Positions 1 to 8,169 of a DNA stretch of 16,905 nt are shown one piece after another (positions within the stretch are counted from its first letter, which is position 1; each line of letters begins with the position of its first letter). Origin of the DNA: Candidatus Iainarchaeum sp. (GTDB taxonomy: Archaea > Iainarchaeota > Iainarchaeia > Iainarchaeales > DTGL01); NCBI GenBank assembly GCA_038736825.1, contig JAVYME010000025.1, positions 1 through 16,905 on the forward strand. The letters run 5' to 3'. Under the pieces are notes generated by a model. That model did not search any database, had not been told where the DNA came from, and worked only from the letters and a program-made list of their open reading frames with translations. Both the position numbers and the translations under genes were made by a program.

Positions 1-961
1 AAAAAATCTCGCTTTCACTTTGCAACAAGCCATTACTGGAAACCACCCGGTAAAAATACTTGGTTTTCGGAGTCAAACCGTAAACCACAATACTGTGCTC
101 GGATGTCTTAACACCATCAAATTCTGAAAAGCCAAGGCTTGCAGTGGTTCCATATTCAACCAAAGAGTCTGACTCAAAAGAGGTTTGCCAGTAAAAAACA
201 GCATAAGAAGAAAAAGGCAGAACTTTAACACTGCCAGGCAAAATTTCCAATGATTTCTTGACCAAAACGCATTGGTTGAAAGCATTGCACTCAAAGCCTG
301 TCTCGCAAGAACCACACTGTATTGATTGCCCGCATTCATTGCTTTTAGCGCCGCACTCGCCTGCCTTGCATGAAACCAGCGAACAACACTTGCCATCCAC
401 GCAATTCTTTCCCGAATTGCAACCACAAATAATTGTTCCATTGCAGTTGTTGCTGAAAGAACCGCATTTTCCAGAAAAGGCGGAACAGTCAACAGGCTTG
501 CACAAGCAAACACCTGCAAGGCAGCCTCCCTCGCAAAACTCTTCTTTTTCCCACGAACAATCAGAAGCCTGGTAACCACGCCAATTCTCCTTGCCAGGCA
601 AACACTTCCAGCCCACAACACACTGCAAAGGAGAAGGGGTAACAGTGGGAGTAGGAGTAGAACCACCACCAGGCTCCTCAGTACCAGGCTGAAAACTAGT
701 AGGAGTAGGAGTGGGCGTACCATCACTCGAACCATCATCCCCAGAACCACCACCAGGCTCCTCAGTACCAGGCTGAAAACTAGTAGGAGTAGGAGTGGGC
801 GTACCATCACTCGAACCATCATCCCCAGAACCATCATCGCCAGAGCCGCCAGAGCCCGGGCCAAAAGCCAAAATAGCTGGCTGGATTAATATAATCAAAA
901 CCAGAAGAAAGAAAAAAAACAAGGAAAGGCGAACGCCAAGCCAATTTTTATTTGAAGGCAT
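1..961 (-). CDS. Secreted Cys-rich surface protein, first 320 codons only (gene continues past the left edge)
   Basis: Absent from the ORF track because there is no stop inside the window. My hand translation of the minus strand from ATG 961-959 stays open to position 1. It reads MPSNKNWLGVRLSLFFFFLLVLIILIQPAILAFG (signal/anchor), then 2 x GSGDDGSSDGTPTPTPTSFQPGTEEPGG, then a Cys-rich region with two similar modules (KCGSFSNNCNGTIICGC... and ECGAKSNECGQSIQCGSC...). The last part is LPGSVKVLPFSSYAVFYWQTSFESDSLVEYGTTASLGF...HSIVVYGLTPKTKYFYRVVSSNG, which fits the W-x-T...YG...H...L-x-P-x-T-x-Y-x-YRV pattern of Fn3-like / purple-acid-phosphatase N-terminal domains. A TATA-like AAATATATATT lies at 990-1000 on the minus strand. 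Confidence 0.8.
   Translation of the reverse strand, partial: MPSNKNWLGVRLSLFFFFLLVLIILIQPAILAFGPGSGGSGDDGSGDDGSSDGTPTPTPTSFQPGTEEPGGGSGDDGSSDGTPTPTPTSFQPGTEEPGGGSTPTPTVTPSPLQCVVGWKCLPGKENWRGYQASDCSWEKEEFCEGGCLAGVCLCKPVDCSAFSGKCGSFSNNCNGTIICGCNSGKNCVDGKCCSLVSCKAGECGAKSNECGQSIQCGSCETGFECNAFNQCVLVKKSLEILPGSVKVLPFSSYAVFYWQTSFESDSLVEYGTTASLGFSEFDGVKTSEHSIVVYGLTPKTKYFYRVVSSNGLLQSESEIF
659..833 (-). repeat. Perfect 84-bp tandem duplication (about 2.1 copies) inside the CDS, encoding a 28-aa Gly/Ser/Asp + Pro/Thr unit
   Basis: Segments 659-742 and 743-826 are identical base for base by manual alignment. Identity continues 7 nt (827-833) into a diverged third unit. Confidence 0.85.
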
Positions 962-1088
962 TACAATCAACAAATATACACGAATCAGGAATATATATTT
1001 TTTCTTGATAAAACAAACAAAAAAAAACCAAAGAAAAGCTTAATAAAATTAACTGGAATAAGTTATAATTAGCTGGGTGGTGAGGTTC

Positions 1089-2351
1089 ATGAAATTAATT
1101 GAAAAATTCTTTCCAAAATTAAGCCTTTTTTTAATTCTTTTTTTTATTGTTTCAAACACGCATGCAACGAGTTGCAGTGCAGACAGAGACTGCGCACACT
1201 TAAATGAAACAATCAAACTTGACCAAAACTCTTGCGTTGGACAAGCATATACCTTTGAAAACATCCAAAGCAGCCTTCTTGGAAGCACCACTGGTGGAGC
1301 AGCCATTCCATACTTGATGGGCAAACAATACACTCAACAAATCCAAACAGGATACACAAAAACATACAGTTGCCAAAACAGGCAATGCCAGTTAACCTCC
1401 AGAGTGCCAATAATACAAAATTGCACTTATGGTTGCCTAATAACCCCAACACAATACGAAGGAAAAACATGGCATGATCTCTGCATTTGCAAACCAGGGT
1501 GGGTGAAAGACGCAAGGGGAAACCCAATAGTATACTGTGGACCAAACGGAAGCCGTTACGCTTATTACACTCACCTGGACTGGACTTGCGAAAAAATTGA
1601 AAGGATTGCTGGAATTTGCGGGATTGGCGAAAGATGCGTGGTAAAATCAGGGGAAACAACCTGTGAAACAATAGGCGGAGAACAACCAATAAACTATCCT
1701 GATGGAACACAATACACTTTCAAAATACCACACAATCCAACCCAGCCAATCACAATTGCTGTAATCCAAAACGGCAAAACAATCGCCCAAAAAGCAATAA
1801 GCAATCTAAGCGCAGAACAATACTTATTGAAAAACGGTCCAATCACCTCCAGCCAAGCTTATGCTTTTGCGCAAAGCACTGGATTGACTTCAATTGTGGC
1901 TTCAGCACTCCAGCAAAAAACAACAACCACTGCTTCCAGTAAGCCAAGCACAACCTATTCTGCATCATACAATGGCAGCACAAACTATTCTTCAACTCCA
2001 ATAAGAATGCAGGTTGTTGCCAGTGCCACAAACAGCCTTTCAGCCTATAGAGCGCCAACTGCAACCTACAAAACATATTCAACCACAAGCACAGCCAGCA
2101 CTGCAACATACGCTTACAGCACAAGCCAAACCAAAAGCACTTACACAAACAATTATTCTTCAAGCACAACCTATTCGCCGACAAAAACAACTTACAGCAC
2201 TGCAATTTCCCCTTATTCAACTTCAAATTACAGGATTCAAACAACAACCGCTTATAATCCGACAAGGACAGCATACTCTACAAAAAACCCCTACACAAGC
2301 GCTTACCGCGCCACAACTCAAACCACTGCAACAGTTTCAACATACAAGTAA
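1089..2351 (+). CDS. Secreted Cys-rich protein with a C-terminal Thr/Ser/Tyr low-complexity tail
   Basis: The ORF-track entry 1077..2351 starts at GTG. ATG 1089 is preceded by GGTGAGG (1079-1085, 3-nt spacer), so I start there. MKLIEKFFPKLSLFLILFFIVSNTHA/TSC looks like a signal peptide. The mature N-terminal ~270 aa has 14 Cys, including EGF-like CICKPGW (1482-1502). The last 146 aa (1911-2348) are T/S/Y-rich, and there is no C-terminal TM. Confidence 0.8.
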   Translation: MKLIEKFFPKLSLFLILFFIVSNTHATSCSADRDCAHLNETIKLDQNSCVGQAYTFENIQSSLLGSTTGGAAIPYLMGKQYTQQIQTGYTKTYSCQNRQCQLTSRVPIIQNCTYGCLITPTQYEGKTWHDLCICKPGWVKDARGNPIVYCGPNGSRYAYYTHLDWTCEKIERIAGICGIGERCVVKSGETTCETIGGEQPINYPDGTQYTFKIPHNPTQPITIAVIQNGKTIAQKAISNLSAEQYLLKNGPITSSQAYAFAQSTGLTSIVASALQQKTTTTASSKPSTTYSASYNGSTNYSSTPIRMQVVASATNSLSAYRAPTATYKTYSTTSTASTATYAYSTSQTKSTYTNNYSSSTTYSPTKTTYSTAISPYSTSNYRIQTTTAYNPTRTAYSTKNPYTSAYRATTQTTATVSTYK

Positions 2352-2468
2352 AACTGGCTGGCTGAAAACCTAAAACAGTTTAATTGTTTGAAGATGGTTT
2401 TTGCAGAAATGGCAAAAGCCAAGGGTTTCCTTTAAAAATTTTTTCCACAGCTTTTTTTAAAAGGGGGA

Positions 2469-3422
2469 ATGGCAGTGAATGAAAATTTGACAAAGCTAAA
2501 CATATCCATTTTTTTGACTACAGCGCTGGTTTTCGGCGCAATAGCCGCATTGCTTGGCTTGGTTTTACTGGTTTCAGGAGCCACCGGCGGAGAAGCCATT
2601 CTCTTGTGGATTTTCATTTCATTCTTTTTCATTTTCATTCAATGGTTTTTTGGCCCTGCAATAATCAAATTATTCACTCGCGCGAGAAAGGCTGGCGAGC
2701 AAGAGTTTCCCGAATTGCATGAAATGGTTGCAAGGCTGAGCAAAACCGCGGGAATTCCAAAACCCACTCTTTACATTGTTGAAAACCGTAACCCTAATGC
2801 TTTTGCTTTCGGGCGAACACAAAAAAGCGCTGGAATCGCAGTGCACACTGGGTTATTGCAGGTTTTGAACAAAGAAGAATTGGAGGGCGTTATAGCCCAC
2901 GAAATAGGGCACATAAAGCACCGGGATGTCACAGTAATGACTATTGCAAGCTCTCTGCCAGTGCTCTTGTACTTTTTGGTTGTATTGTTTGCTCCAAGGG
3001 ACCGCAACAAGGGCTTGGCTGGAATGCTGGCAGTCATTGTAGGCGGCATTATTGCCAGACTAATAGGGCAATTGCTTGTAATGTGGCTTTCAAGGAGAAG
3101 AGAATACTATGCTGACGCCTTTGCAGCCCATGCTACAAAAAAACCCTTGAATTTGATGAGCGCTCTCGCAAAAATCACTTACCGCATTGAACCAAAAAAC
3201 GAAAACGAGGGCTTAAAATCACTGTATATTGCCAATCCCTCTTTTGCAGAAAAGCAAAGCATTGCGGAAATAAGTGAAGCCCTGGCAAAAGGAAACAAGC
3301 AGGCAATAGAGGAAGCAATTGAAAGGGAAAAAAAACACGGAGCACTGGAACTATTCATGACACACCCGCTTACAGCAAAAAGGCTTGAAGCCCTCTGGAA
3401 AATAAAAAAAGAAGCCTATTGA
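2469..3422 (+). CDS. htpX: HtpX-like zinc metalloprotease (peptidase family M48), membrane-embedded
   Basis: HEIGH zinc motif at 2898-2912 (VIAHEIGHIKHRD) and a downstream RREYYADAFAA motif typical of HtpX. Hydrophobic segments flank the catalytic region, and the C-terminus reads THPLTAKRLEAL. A TATA-like TTTAAAAA lies at 2431-2438. Confidence 0.9.
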   Translation: MAVNENLTKLNISIFLTTALVFGAIAALLGLVLLVSGATGGEAILLWIFISFFFIFIQWFFGPAIIKLFTRARKAGEQEFPELHEMVARLSKTAGIPKPTLYIVENRNPNAFAFGRTQKSAGIAVHTGLLQVLNKEELEGVIAHEIGHIKHRDVTVMTIASSLPVLLYFLVVLFAPRDRNKGLAGMLAVIVGGIIARLIGQLLVMWLSRRREYYADAFAAHATKKPLNLMSALAKITYRIEPKNENEGLKSLYIANPSFAEKQSIAEISEALAKGNKQAIEEAIEREKKHGALELFMTHPLTAKRLEALWKIKKEAY

Positions 3423-3577
3423 ATTAGCACAAGCAATTTTTCCTGCAAGCAATAAAAAAAACTGCCTGAAAAAAAGCACTATTTCTTTGAATCGCTTTCA
3501 ATTCAGAAAAATAAAGGTTTTAAGGCAGTTTACACAGTTAATTAACACAATAAATTACAACTTTCGAACAGGCTGTT

Positions 3578-5344
3578 TTATTTTATTCCGAGTTGTTTTT
3601 TCATTTCTTGGTGGGGTGGTGGGGTTCTGAGGGCGGCTGCGGCTTTTAGTCTTTGTTTTTGTTTTTCGCTTATTTGGTGTCTTTCAAAGGCTTTTTCTAG
3701 AAAGGTTTCTTTTTTGTGGATTTCTTCCCTTATTTCGTTCCATTGCCAGGGAGTCATTTTTTCGAATGCGTTTTTTTGCGCTGTTTTTAGTGCGGTTCTG
3801 TCTCCAAAGAATAGGCCGCAGAATAAGAAGGCTGTGTTTTTGTCGCCTGTGTTAGTGGGGTTTACGTGAATGTGTTCTTTGCACAAGGGTAGTTTTTTTT
3901 GTCTTGCGATTTCTTGGAATCTTTGAGCGGCTTTTGGATTGGTGGCTATTATTGCGTAGTCTATGTCGCTTGTTGGTTGAGCGTAGCCTTTGGATGTGCT
4001 GCCAAAAACTGTTATGCCTGTGAATTGTTCGCCGAATTCTTGTTTGAGCTGGCTTGCAATGTTTTTTAGTGTGCTGGTTCTTTCAAGGATTTCTTTTAAG
4101 TGGGTTGTTGCTGCAAAGGGTTTTCTGGTTGCAAGCAATAGCCAGCGGGTTTTTTTCTGTCTGGCTAGGGCTTTTTGCGCTTCAATTGAAATTGCGGGGT
4201 TTTCGCTTTTGGCGAGTTTTTCTATTTTTGGGGTTTTTCTTTTTTTTTCAAGGATTTCAATTAAAGATTTTGCGGCAGCTTGGGCTACAAAAGGGTGTGA
4301 ATCTCTTGCGAGTTGTTCGAGTTCTGGAATGGCTTTTTCGCCTATTTTAACCAGTTCTCTTGCTATTTTTTCGCGAAAACTGGCTTTCAAGCCTTTTGCG
4401 ATTTTTTTTAGTTCTTGCAGGTTTCCTTTTTTTGCGTGAAATTCTATTAAGGCGTTTGTTCCGGTTTTGCTTAAAAACGGGTTTGGGTCTTTTGCCATTC
4501 GCTCGAGTTCTGAAAGGTTTTCGTTTTTTAAATGAATTCTGGCTATTTCGCTTGCTGCAATCCAGGGCGCTCTGTCAGAGAATTGTGGAGGGTTTCTTGC
4601 AATTCTTTCAAGTTCTTGGATTTTTCCTTGGCTGGCAAGTATTTGGATTATTGAGTTTGTGGCTGCCTCGCGAACCAAAAGGCTTCCATCTCTTGCAAGG
4701 CGTTCAAGTTCAGGCAAGGCTTTTTTTCCAAGTTTTGCCATTGATATTGCGCTTTGCTGGCGAACCATTTCACTTGAATCTCTTGACAATTCAAACAATT
4801 TTTCTTTTTTTTCACGGATTTGCGCTATCGAGTTTATGGCTTGCCGGCAAACAAAAGAATGGGAATCCCTTGCAAGGCGTTCTAGTTCTGGCAAGGCTTT
4901 TTCGCCCATTAAGCCAAGCGCTCTTGCGGTTGCCTCGCGAACCCGCCATTCTGGATCTCTCGCCATTCGCTCCAATTCCGGCAGGTTTCCTTTTCTTGCA
5001 TGCACTTCTGCCAAAGTGTTCAAGGCAATACTGCTAGTCCGCCATTCTGGATCCCGAGAGAGTTTTTCCAGTGTTTGGGGATTCAAGCATTTCAGGATTC
5101 GCTTGTCAGTTAAGGCTCTTTCAAGCGCAGTTTTTCTAATCACTGGATCACTGCTTTCAAGCATTGCTTGAAGCGCTTTAACGTTAACCCTTGCTTTTTG
5201 CAGTTTTCGCAATGCATGATCGCTTGGCACAAACTGTCTTGGAAAAGTCGAAGGCGGCGGCTTAATGCCTATTGCCATTATTTCCTTTCTGGCTTGCACT
5301 CGTTGCTCGCGCAACCGATTGCACTTTTTTTTCCTTGAAAGCAT
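3578..5344 (-). CDS. HEAT-repeat (PBS-lyase-type) array fused to a C-terminal pol-beta-superfamily nucleotidyltransferase domain
   Basis: About 10 tandem ~30-aa units with consensus LPELERLARD-x3-VR-x2-A (for example LPELERMARDPEWRVREATARALG and LPELERLARDGSLLVREAATNSI). They are followed by the NTase signature ITVFGSTSKGYAQPTSDIDYAIIA (G-S...D-x-D, 3959-4006). The start is uncertain: ATG 5344, or the internal ATG 5278 (MAIGIK...). Confidence 0.8.
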   Translation of the reverse strand: MLSRKKKCNRLREQRVQARKEIMAIGIKPPPSTFPRQFVPSDHALRKLQKARVNVKALQAMLESSDPVIRKTALERALTDKRILKCLNPQTLEKLSRDPEWRTSSIALNTLAEVHARKGNLPELERMARDPEWRVREATARALGLMGEKALPELERLARDSHSFVCRQAINSIAQIREKKEKLFELSRDSSEMVRQQSAISMAKLGKKALPELERLARDGSLLVREAATNSIIQILASQGKIQELERIARNPPQFSDRAPWIAASEIARIHLKNENLSELERMAKDPNPFLSKTGTNALIEFHAKKGNLQELKKIAKGLKASFREKIARELVKIGEKAIPELEQLARDSHPFVAQAAAKSLIEILEKKRKTPKIEKLAKSENPAISIEAQKALARQKKTRWLLLATRKPFAATTHLKEILERTSTLKNIASQLKQEFGEQFTGITVFGSTSKGYAQPTSDIDYAIIATNPKAAQRFQEIARQKKLPLCKEHIHVNPTNTGDKNTAFLFCGLFFGDRTALKTAQKNAFEKMTPWQWNEIREEIHKKETFLEKAFERHQISEKQKQRLKAAAALRTPPPHQEMKKQLGIK

Positions 5345-5392
5345 TCTATTATTACTTTAATGTATTGCTGTTTTTTTATTGGTTGTGCGAAC

Positions 5393-5401
5393 AAAAAAAA
5401 A
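5393..5401 (-). terminator. Oligo-T (T9) tract downstream of the mgtA-like stop
   Basis: The minus strand reads ...GCAAAAACTGCTTTTTTTTTGTTCGC, starting 27 nt after the stop at 5428-5430. Oligo-T tracts act as archaeal intrinsic terminators. Confidence 0.4.
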
Positions 5402-5427
5402 GCAGTTTTTGCATTAATTGCACGCTT

Positions 5428-8043
5428 TCACTCGTAACCGTGTTTTTTAATAAACCAGGATTTCACTCTTTGAACCAGCATTAAATAGGAAGCGGTTATT
5501 CCGGCAAGGAAAAGGAAATATGTTAGAGGCGGCATTACAAACCCAAAATATGGACCCAAAGGAGTAAAAGGCAAAATCAACGCAATAGTGGTAATGTAAA
5601 TCGACATGAAAACCAAAAACTGGCTTGGCTTGCTTTCAATGAAAGGAGTTTTGCCAGTGCGAATGATGTGCACTACAAGGGTTTGAGTGCAAAGCGATTC
5701 CAAAAACCAGCCCGTGTGAAACAAGGCAATGGCTTCAGGGGTTTGCAAGTGCCCTCCAAAAACAAACCACATTACTGCAAAGGTCATAAAGTCAAATATT
5801 GAACTGATTGGACCAATCACTAAAACAAATTTTTTTATGTATTCAACATTCCACAATCTTTCCTTTAACAAGTATTCTTCATCCACTTCATCGGATGGAA
5901 CTGCTATTTGGGAAATGTCGTAAAAAAAGTTGTTTAACAGGATTTGAATTGGCAGCATTGGCAGGAATGGCAAAAACAAGCTTGCTCCAGTCATGCTGAA
6001 CATGTTGCCAAAATTCGAGCTCGCGCTCATTTTAACATACTTCAAAATGTTTCCAAAGGTTTTCCTGCCCTCTTGAACTCCGCCTGCAAGAACATCAAGA
6101 TTGCGCTTCAACAAAATAATGTCCGCTGATTCCTTTGCAATGTCCACTGCATTGTTGACTGAAATGCCAATGTCTGCAGCCTTCAAGGCAAGAGCATCAT
6201 TAATGCCGTCACCCAAAAAGCCAACCGTGTGGCCCTTGTTTTTTAAAACATTGATTATGCGTTCTTTGTGGAATGGGTTGAGTCTTGCAAAGACTGAGGC
6301 TTCTTCTGCAATTCTGCCAAGTTCTGCGTCGGACATCATGTCTATGTCTGCGCCTATAACTATTTTTTTGACTTCAATGCCTACGGCTTTGCAAACTGAA
6401 GCGGTTAAAATTTCGTTGTCGCCTGTCAAGACTTTCAATGTGATGCCGTTTTTCTTTAACAAGGAAATGGATTTTTTTGCAGTTCCTTTGGGTGGATCCA
6501 AAAAGGCTAAATAGCCTTTCAAGATTAAACCGCATTCGTCGGCTCTCGAATAGGTTTTTTTTGATTTGGGTGTGCGCTTGTAGGCTACTGCTATCACTCT
6601 AAAGCCTTGCTCGTTCAATTTCAAGTATTCGTTTCGCAGTTTTTGCAATAAATTGCTGGTGAGAGGTTTTATTTTTCCGTTTTTTTCATATTTGGAGCAT
6701 CGCTTGTAAATGTCTTCTGTTGAGCCTTTTGACACTAAAAGGTTTTTTCCGTTTTCTTCCACAATCACTGTCATTATTTTTCTGTTAAAATCAAAGGGGA
6801 CTTCGTCGACTTTTTTATAGTTTTTAACAGAAATGCTTTCATGTTTTAAAACCGCTTTGTCCAAAGTGCCTTTCAAGCCTGTCTGGTAATAACTGTTAAT
6901 GTATGCAAGGTTGAGAACGCTTTCATCCTCTTCCAAGTCAACATTGCAGTGTTTTTCCAAAACAATTTTGTCTTCGGTTAAAGTGCCGGTTTTGTCAGTG
7001 CACAAAATGTCCATTGCGCCAAAGGTTTGAATTGAACTCAATCGCTTTACAATAACGCCCTTGCGCGCCATTGCGCTAGCGCCCTTTGAAAGGTTTAAAG
7101 TGATAAGCATTGGAAGCGCTTCAGGGGTTAAACCAACAGCAACAGCCAGAGAAAAAAGAAGCGATTCAACCAAAGCGCCTTTCAAAAAATAGTTTATTGC
7201 AAAAATCACCAGTACAAGGCAAACCATGAGTTTTATCATTAACCAAACAAACTTTTTCACTCCCTTTTCAAAACTGCTTTCAACCGCATAACTTGCAAGC
7301 CTTTCAGAAATCGCTCCAAATTGAGTGAAAGCCCCAGTTTTCACTACTACGCCTAATGCGGTTCCGCTTACAACACTTGAGCCCATAAAGGCAATATTGC
7401 TTAGTTCAGAGGGCGAAAGCCTGTTTTTGCAGGAAACCGGTGCAGCGGTTTTTTCAACTGGAAAGGATTCTCCTGTTAGAGAGGACTGGTTCACAAACAA
7501 GTCTTTGGAGGAAACAATTCTGAGGTCTGCTGGAATAATGTCTCCAGCTGACAAGTCAACTATGTCGCCTACAACCACTTCCCTTAAAGGGATTTCCTTT
7601 GGTTTTCCATTCCTGTAAACAGTGCAAGTAGTGCTAACCATTTTTCTAAGCTTTTCAACCTCTTTGCTGGCATTGTATTCTTGGAAAAAACCCATGAAAA
7701 CACTAATAAACGCAATTGCGTAAACCAGCAAAGCGCTGACCTTTTCCCCAAAAAAAAACGAAAAAGTCGCAATAAACAACAAAATAATAATCAAGGGATT
7801 CAAAAACTTTGAAAGGAGTTGGAACAAAATGCCTCGCTTCCGCTTTTTAGCCAGCTCATTAAAACCATATTTTTCAATGCGCTCTCTTGCCTGCTCTTCA
7901 GACAAGCCTTGAAGCGAAGAATCCAGGTTTTTCAAAACCTCAACAGCAGGCGCATTAATGTAATCAAAAGCCCATTTCTGGCTAGCCCTCTTTCTATTAT
8001 TAAAAGAATTCAAAAAATCCAGAAATGCCTGCTTGAAAGGCAT
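5428..8043 (-). CDS. mgtA: Mg2+-importing P-type ATPase (P3B, MgtA/MgtB type)
   Basis: Motifs present: LTGES; TM4 motif GLTPEALPMLITLNLSKGA (MgtA has PEMLP); the phosphorylation site within IQTFGAMDILCTDKTGTLTEDKIVLEKH (DKTGT at 6982-6996); MLTGDN-like VLTGDN; and hinge GDGINDALALKAADIGISV. The block around DKTGT closely matches my recollection of E. coli MgtA. A TATA-like TTATAT lies 25-30 nt upstream of the ATG. Confidence 0.88.
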   Translation of the reverse strand: MPFKQAFLDFLNSFNNRKRASQKWAFDYINAPAVEVLKNLDSSLQGLSEEQARERIEKYGFNELAKKRKRGILFQLLSKFLNPLIIILLFIATFSFFFGEKVSALLVYAIAFISVFMGFFQEYNASKEVEKLRKMVSTTCTVYRNGKPKEIPLREVVVGDIVDLSAGDIIPADLRIVSSKDLFVNQSSLTGESFPVEKTAAPVSCKNRLSPSELSNIAFMGSSVVSGTALGVVVKTGAFTQFGAISERLASYAVESSFEKGVKKFVWLMIKLMVCLVLVIFAINYFLKGALVESLLFSLAVAVGLTPEALPMLITLNLSKGASAMARKGVIVKRLSSIQTFGAMDILCTDKTGTLTEDKIVLEKHCNVDLEEDESVLNLAYINSYYQTGLKGTLDKAVLKHESISVKNYKKVDEVPFDFNRKIMTVIVEENGKNLLVSKGSTEDIYKRCSKYEKNGKIKPLTSNLLQKLRNEYLKLNEQGFRVIAVAYKRTPKSKKTYSRADECGLILKGYLAFLDPPKGTAKKSISLLKKNGITLKVLTGDNEILTASVCKAVGIEVKKIVIGADIDMMSDAELGRIAEEASVFARLNPFHKERIINVLKNKGHTVGFLGDGINDALALKAADIGISVNNAVDIAKESADIILLKRNLDVLAGGVQEGRKTFGNILKYVKMSASSNFGNMFSMTGASLFLPFLPMLPIQILLNNFFYDISQIAVPSDEVDEEYLLKERLWNVEYIKKFVLVIGPISSIFDFMTFAVMWFVFGGHLQTPEAIALFHTGWFLESLCTQTLVVHIIRTGKTPFIESKPSQFLVFMSIYITTIALILPFTPLGPYFGFVMPPLTYFLFLAGITASYLMLVQRVKSWFIKKHGYE

Positions 8044-8067
8044 AGTTTAATCTTACAACACATAAAC

Positions 8068-8073
8068 ATATAA
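8068..8073 (-). promoter_or_regulatory. TATA-like box (TTATAT) 25-30 nt upstream of the mgtA-like ATG, implying a leaderless or near-leaderless mRNA
   Basis: The minus strand reads ATTATATGTTTATGTGTTGTAAGATTAAACT followed by ATG. No SD motif is visible. Confidence 0.35.
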
Positions 8074-8169
8074 TGATTTCTCACCCAAAAAAAAAACAAT
8101 TAAAACCAAAAGAGAACCTTAAAAAAAAAAACAATCAGTCATTGTCTTTACTGAAATACGGGTGTTTGA

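Noticed and set aside
659-833. Tandem repeat as a possible CRISPR or minisatellite locus
   Set aside because: There are only two directly adjacent identical units with no spacers. They are in frame within a coding region and encode a sensible linker peptide. This is an intragenic duplication, not a CRISPR array.
73-864. ORF-track 263-aa minus-strand ORF (MARALAALAMMVLGMMVRVMVRP...), and the 105-aa plus-strand ORF at 258..575
   Set aside because: Both are alternative frames over the real minus-strand gene (1..961). Their translations are repetitive L/V/M or P/Q low complexity caused by the 84-bp repeat and codon bias. The third frame gives a coherent signal peptide, Cys-rich modules and an Fn3-like protein.
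3578-3960. HEPN-like R-x4-6-H motif in the tail after the NTase domain
   Set aside because: The closest candidates (IREEIHK and FERHQ) have the wrong spacing. I cannot support a HEPN call from sequence alone.
3990-5171. Several long plus-strand ORFs (149, 98, 225 and 170 aa) antisense to the HEAT-NTase gene
   Set aside because: They are Phe/Leu/Ser-rich translations with no motifs. Antisense frames stay open because the sense strand is rich in AAG/GAA/CTT-type codons and is internally repetitive. The sense frame has clear HEAT and NTase signatures.
8044-8169. Possible Mg2+ riboswitch (M-box) upstream of the mgtA-like gene
   Set aside because: Only about 126 bp separate the divergent genes. 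A TATA-like box lies 25-30 nt from the ATG, which implies essentially no leader. I see no extended conserved helices of the size an M-box needs (about 160 nt).
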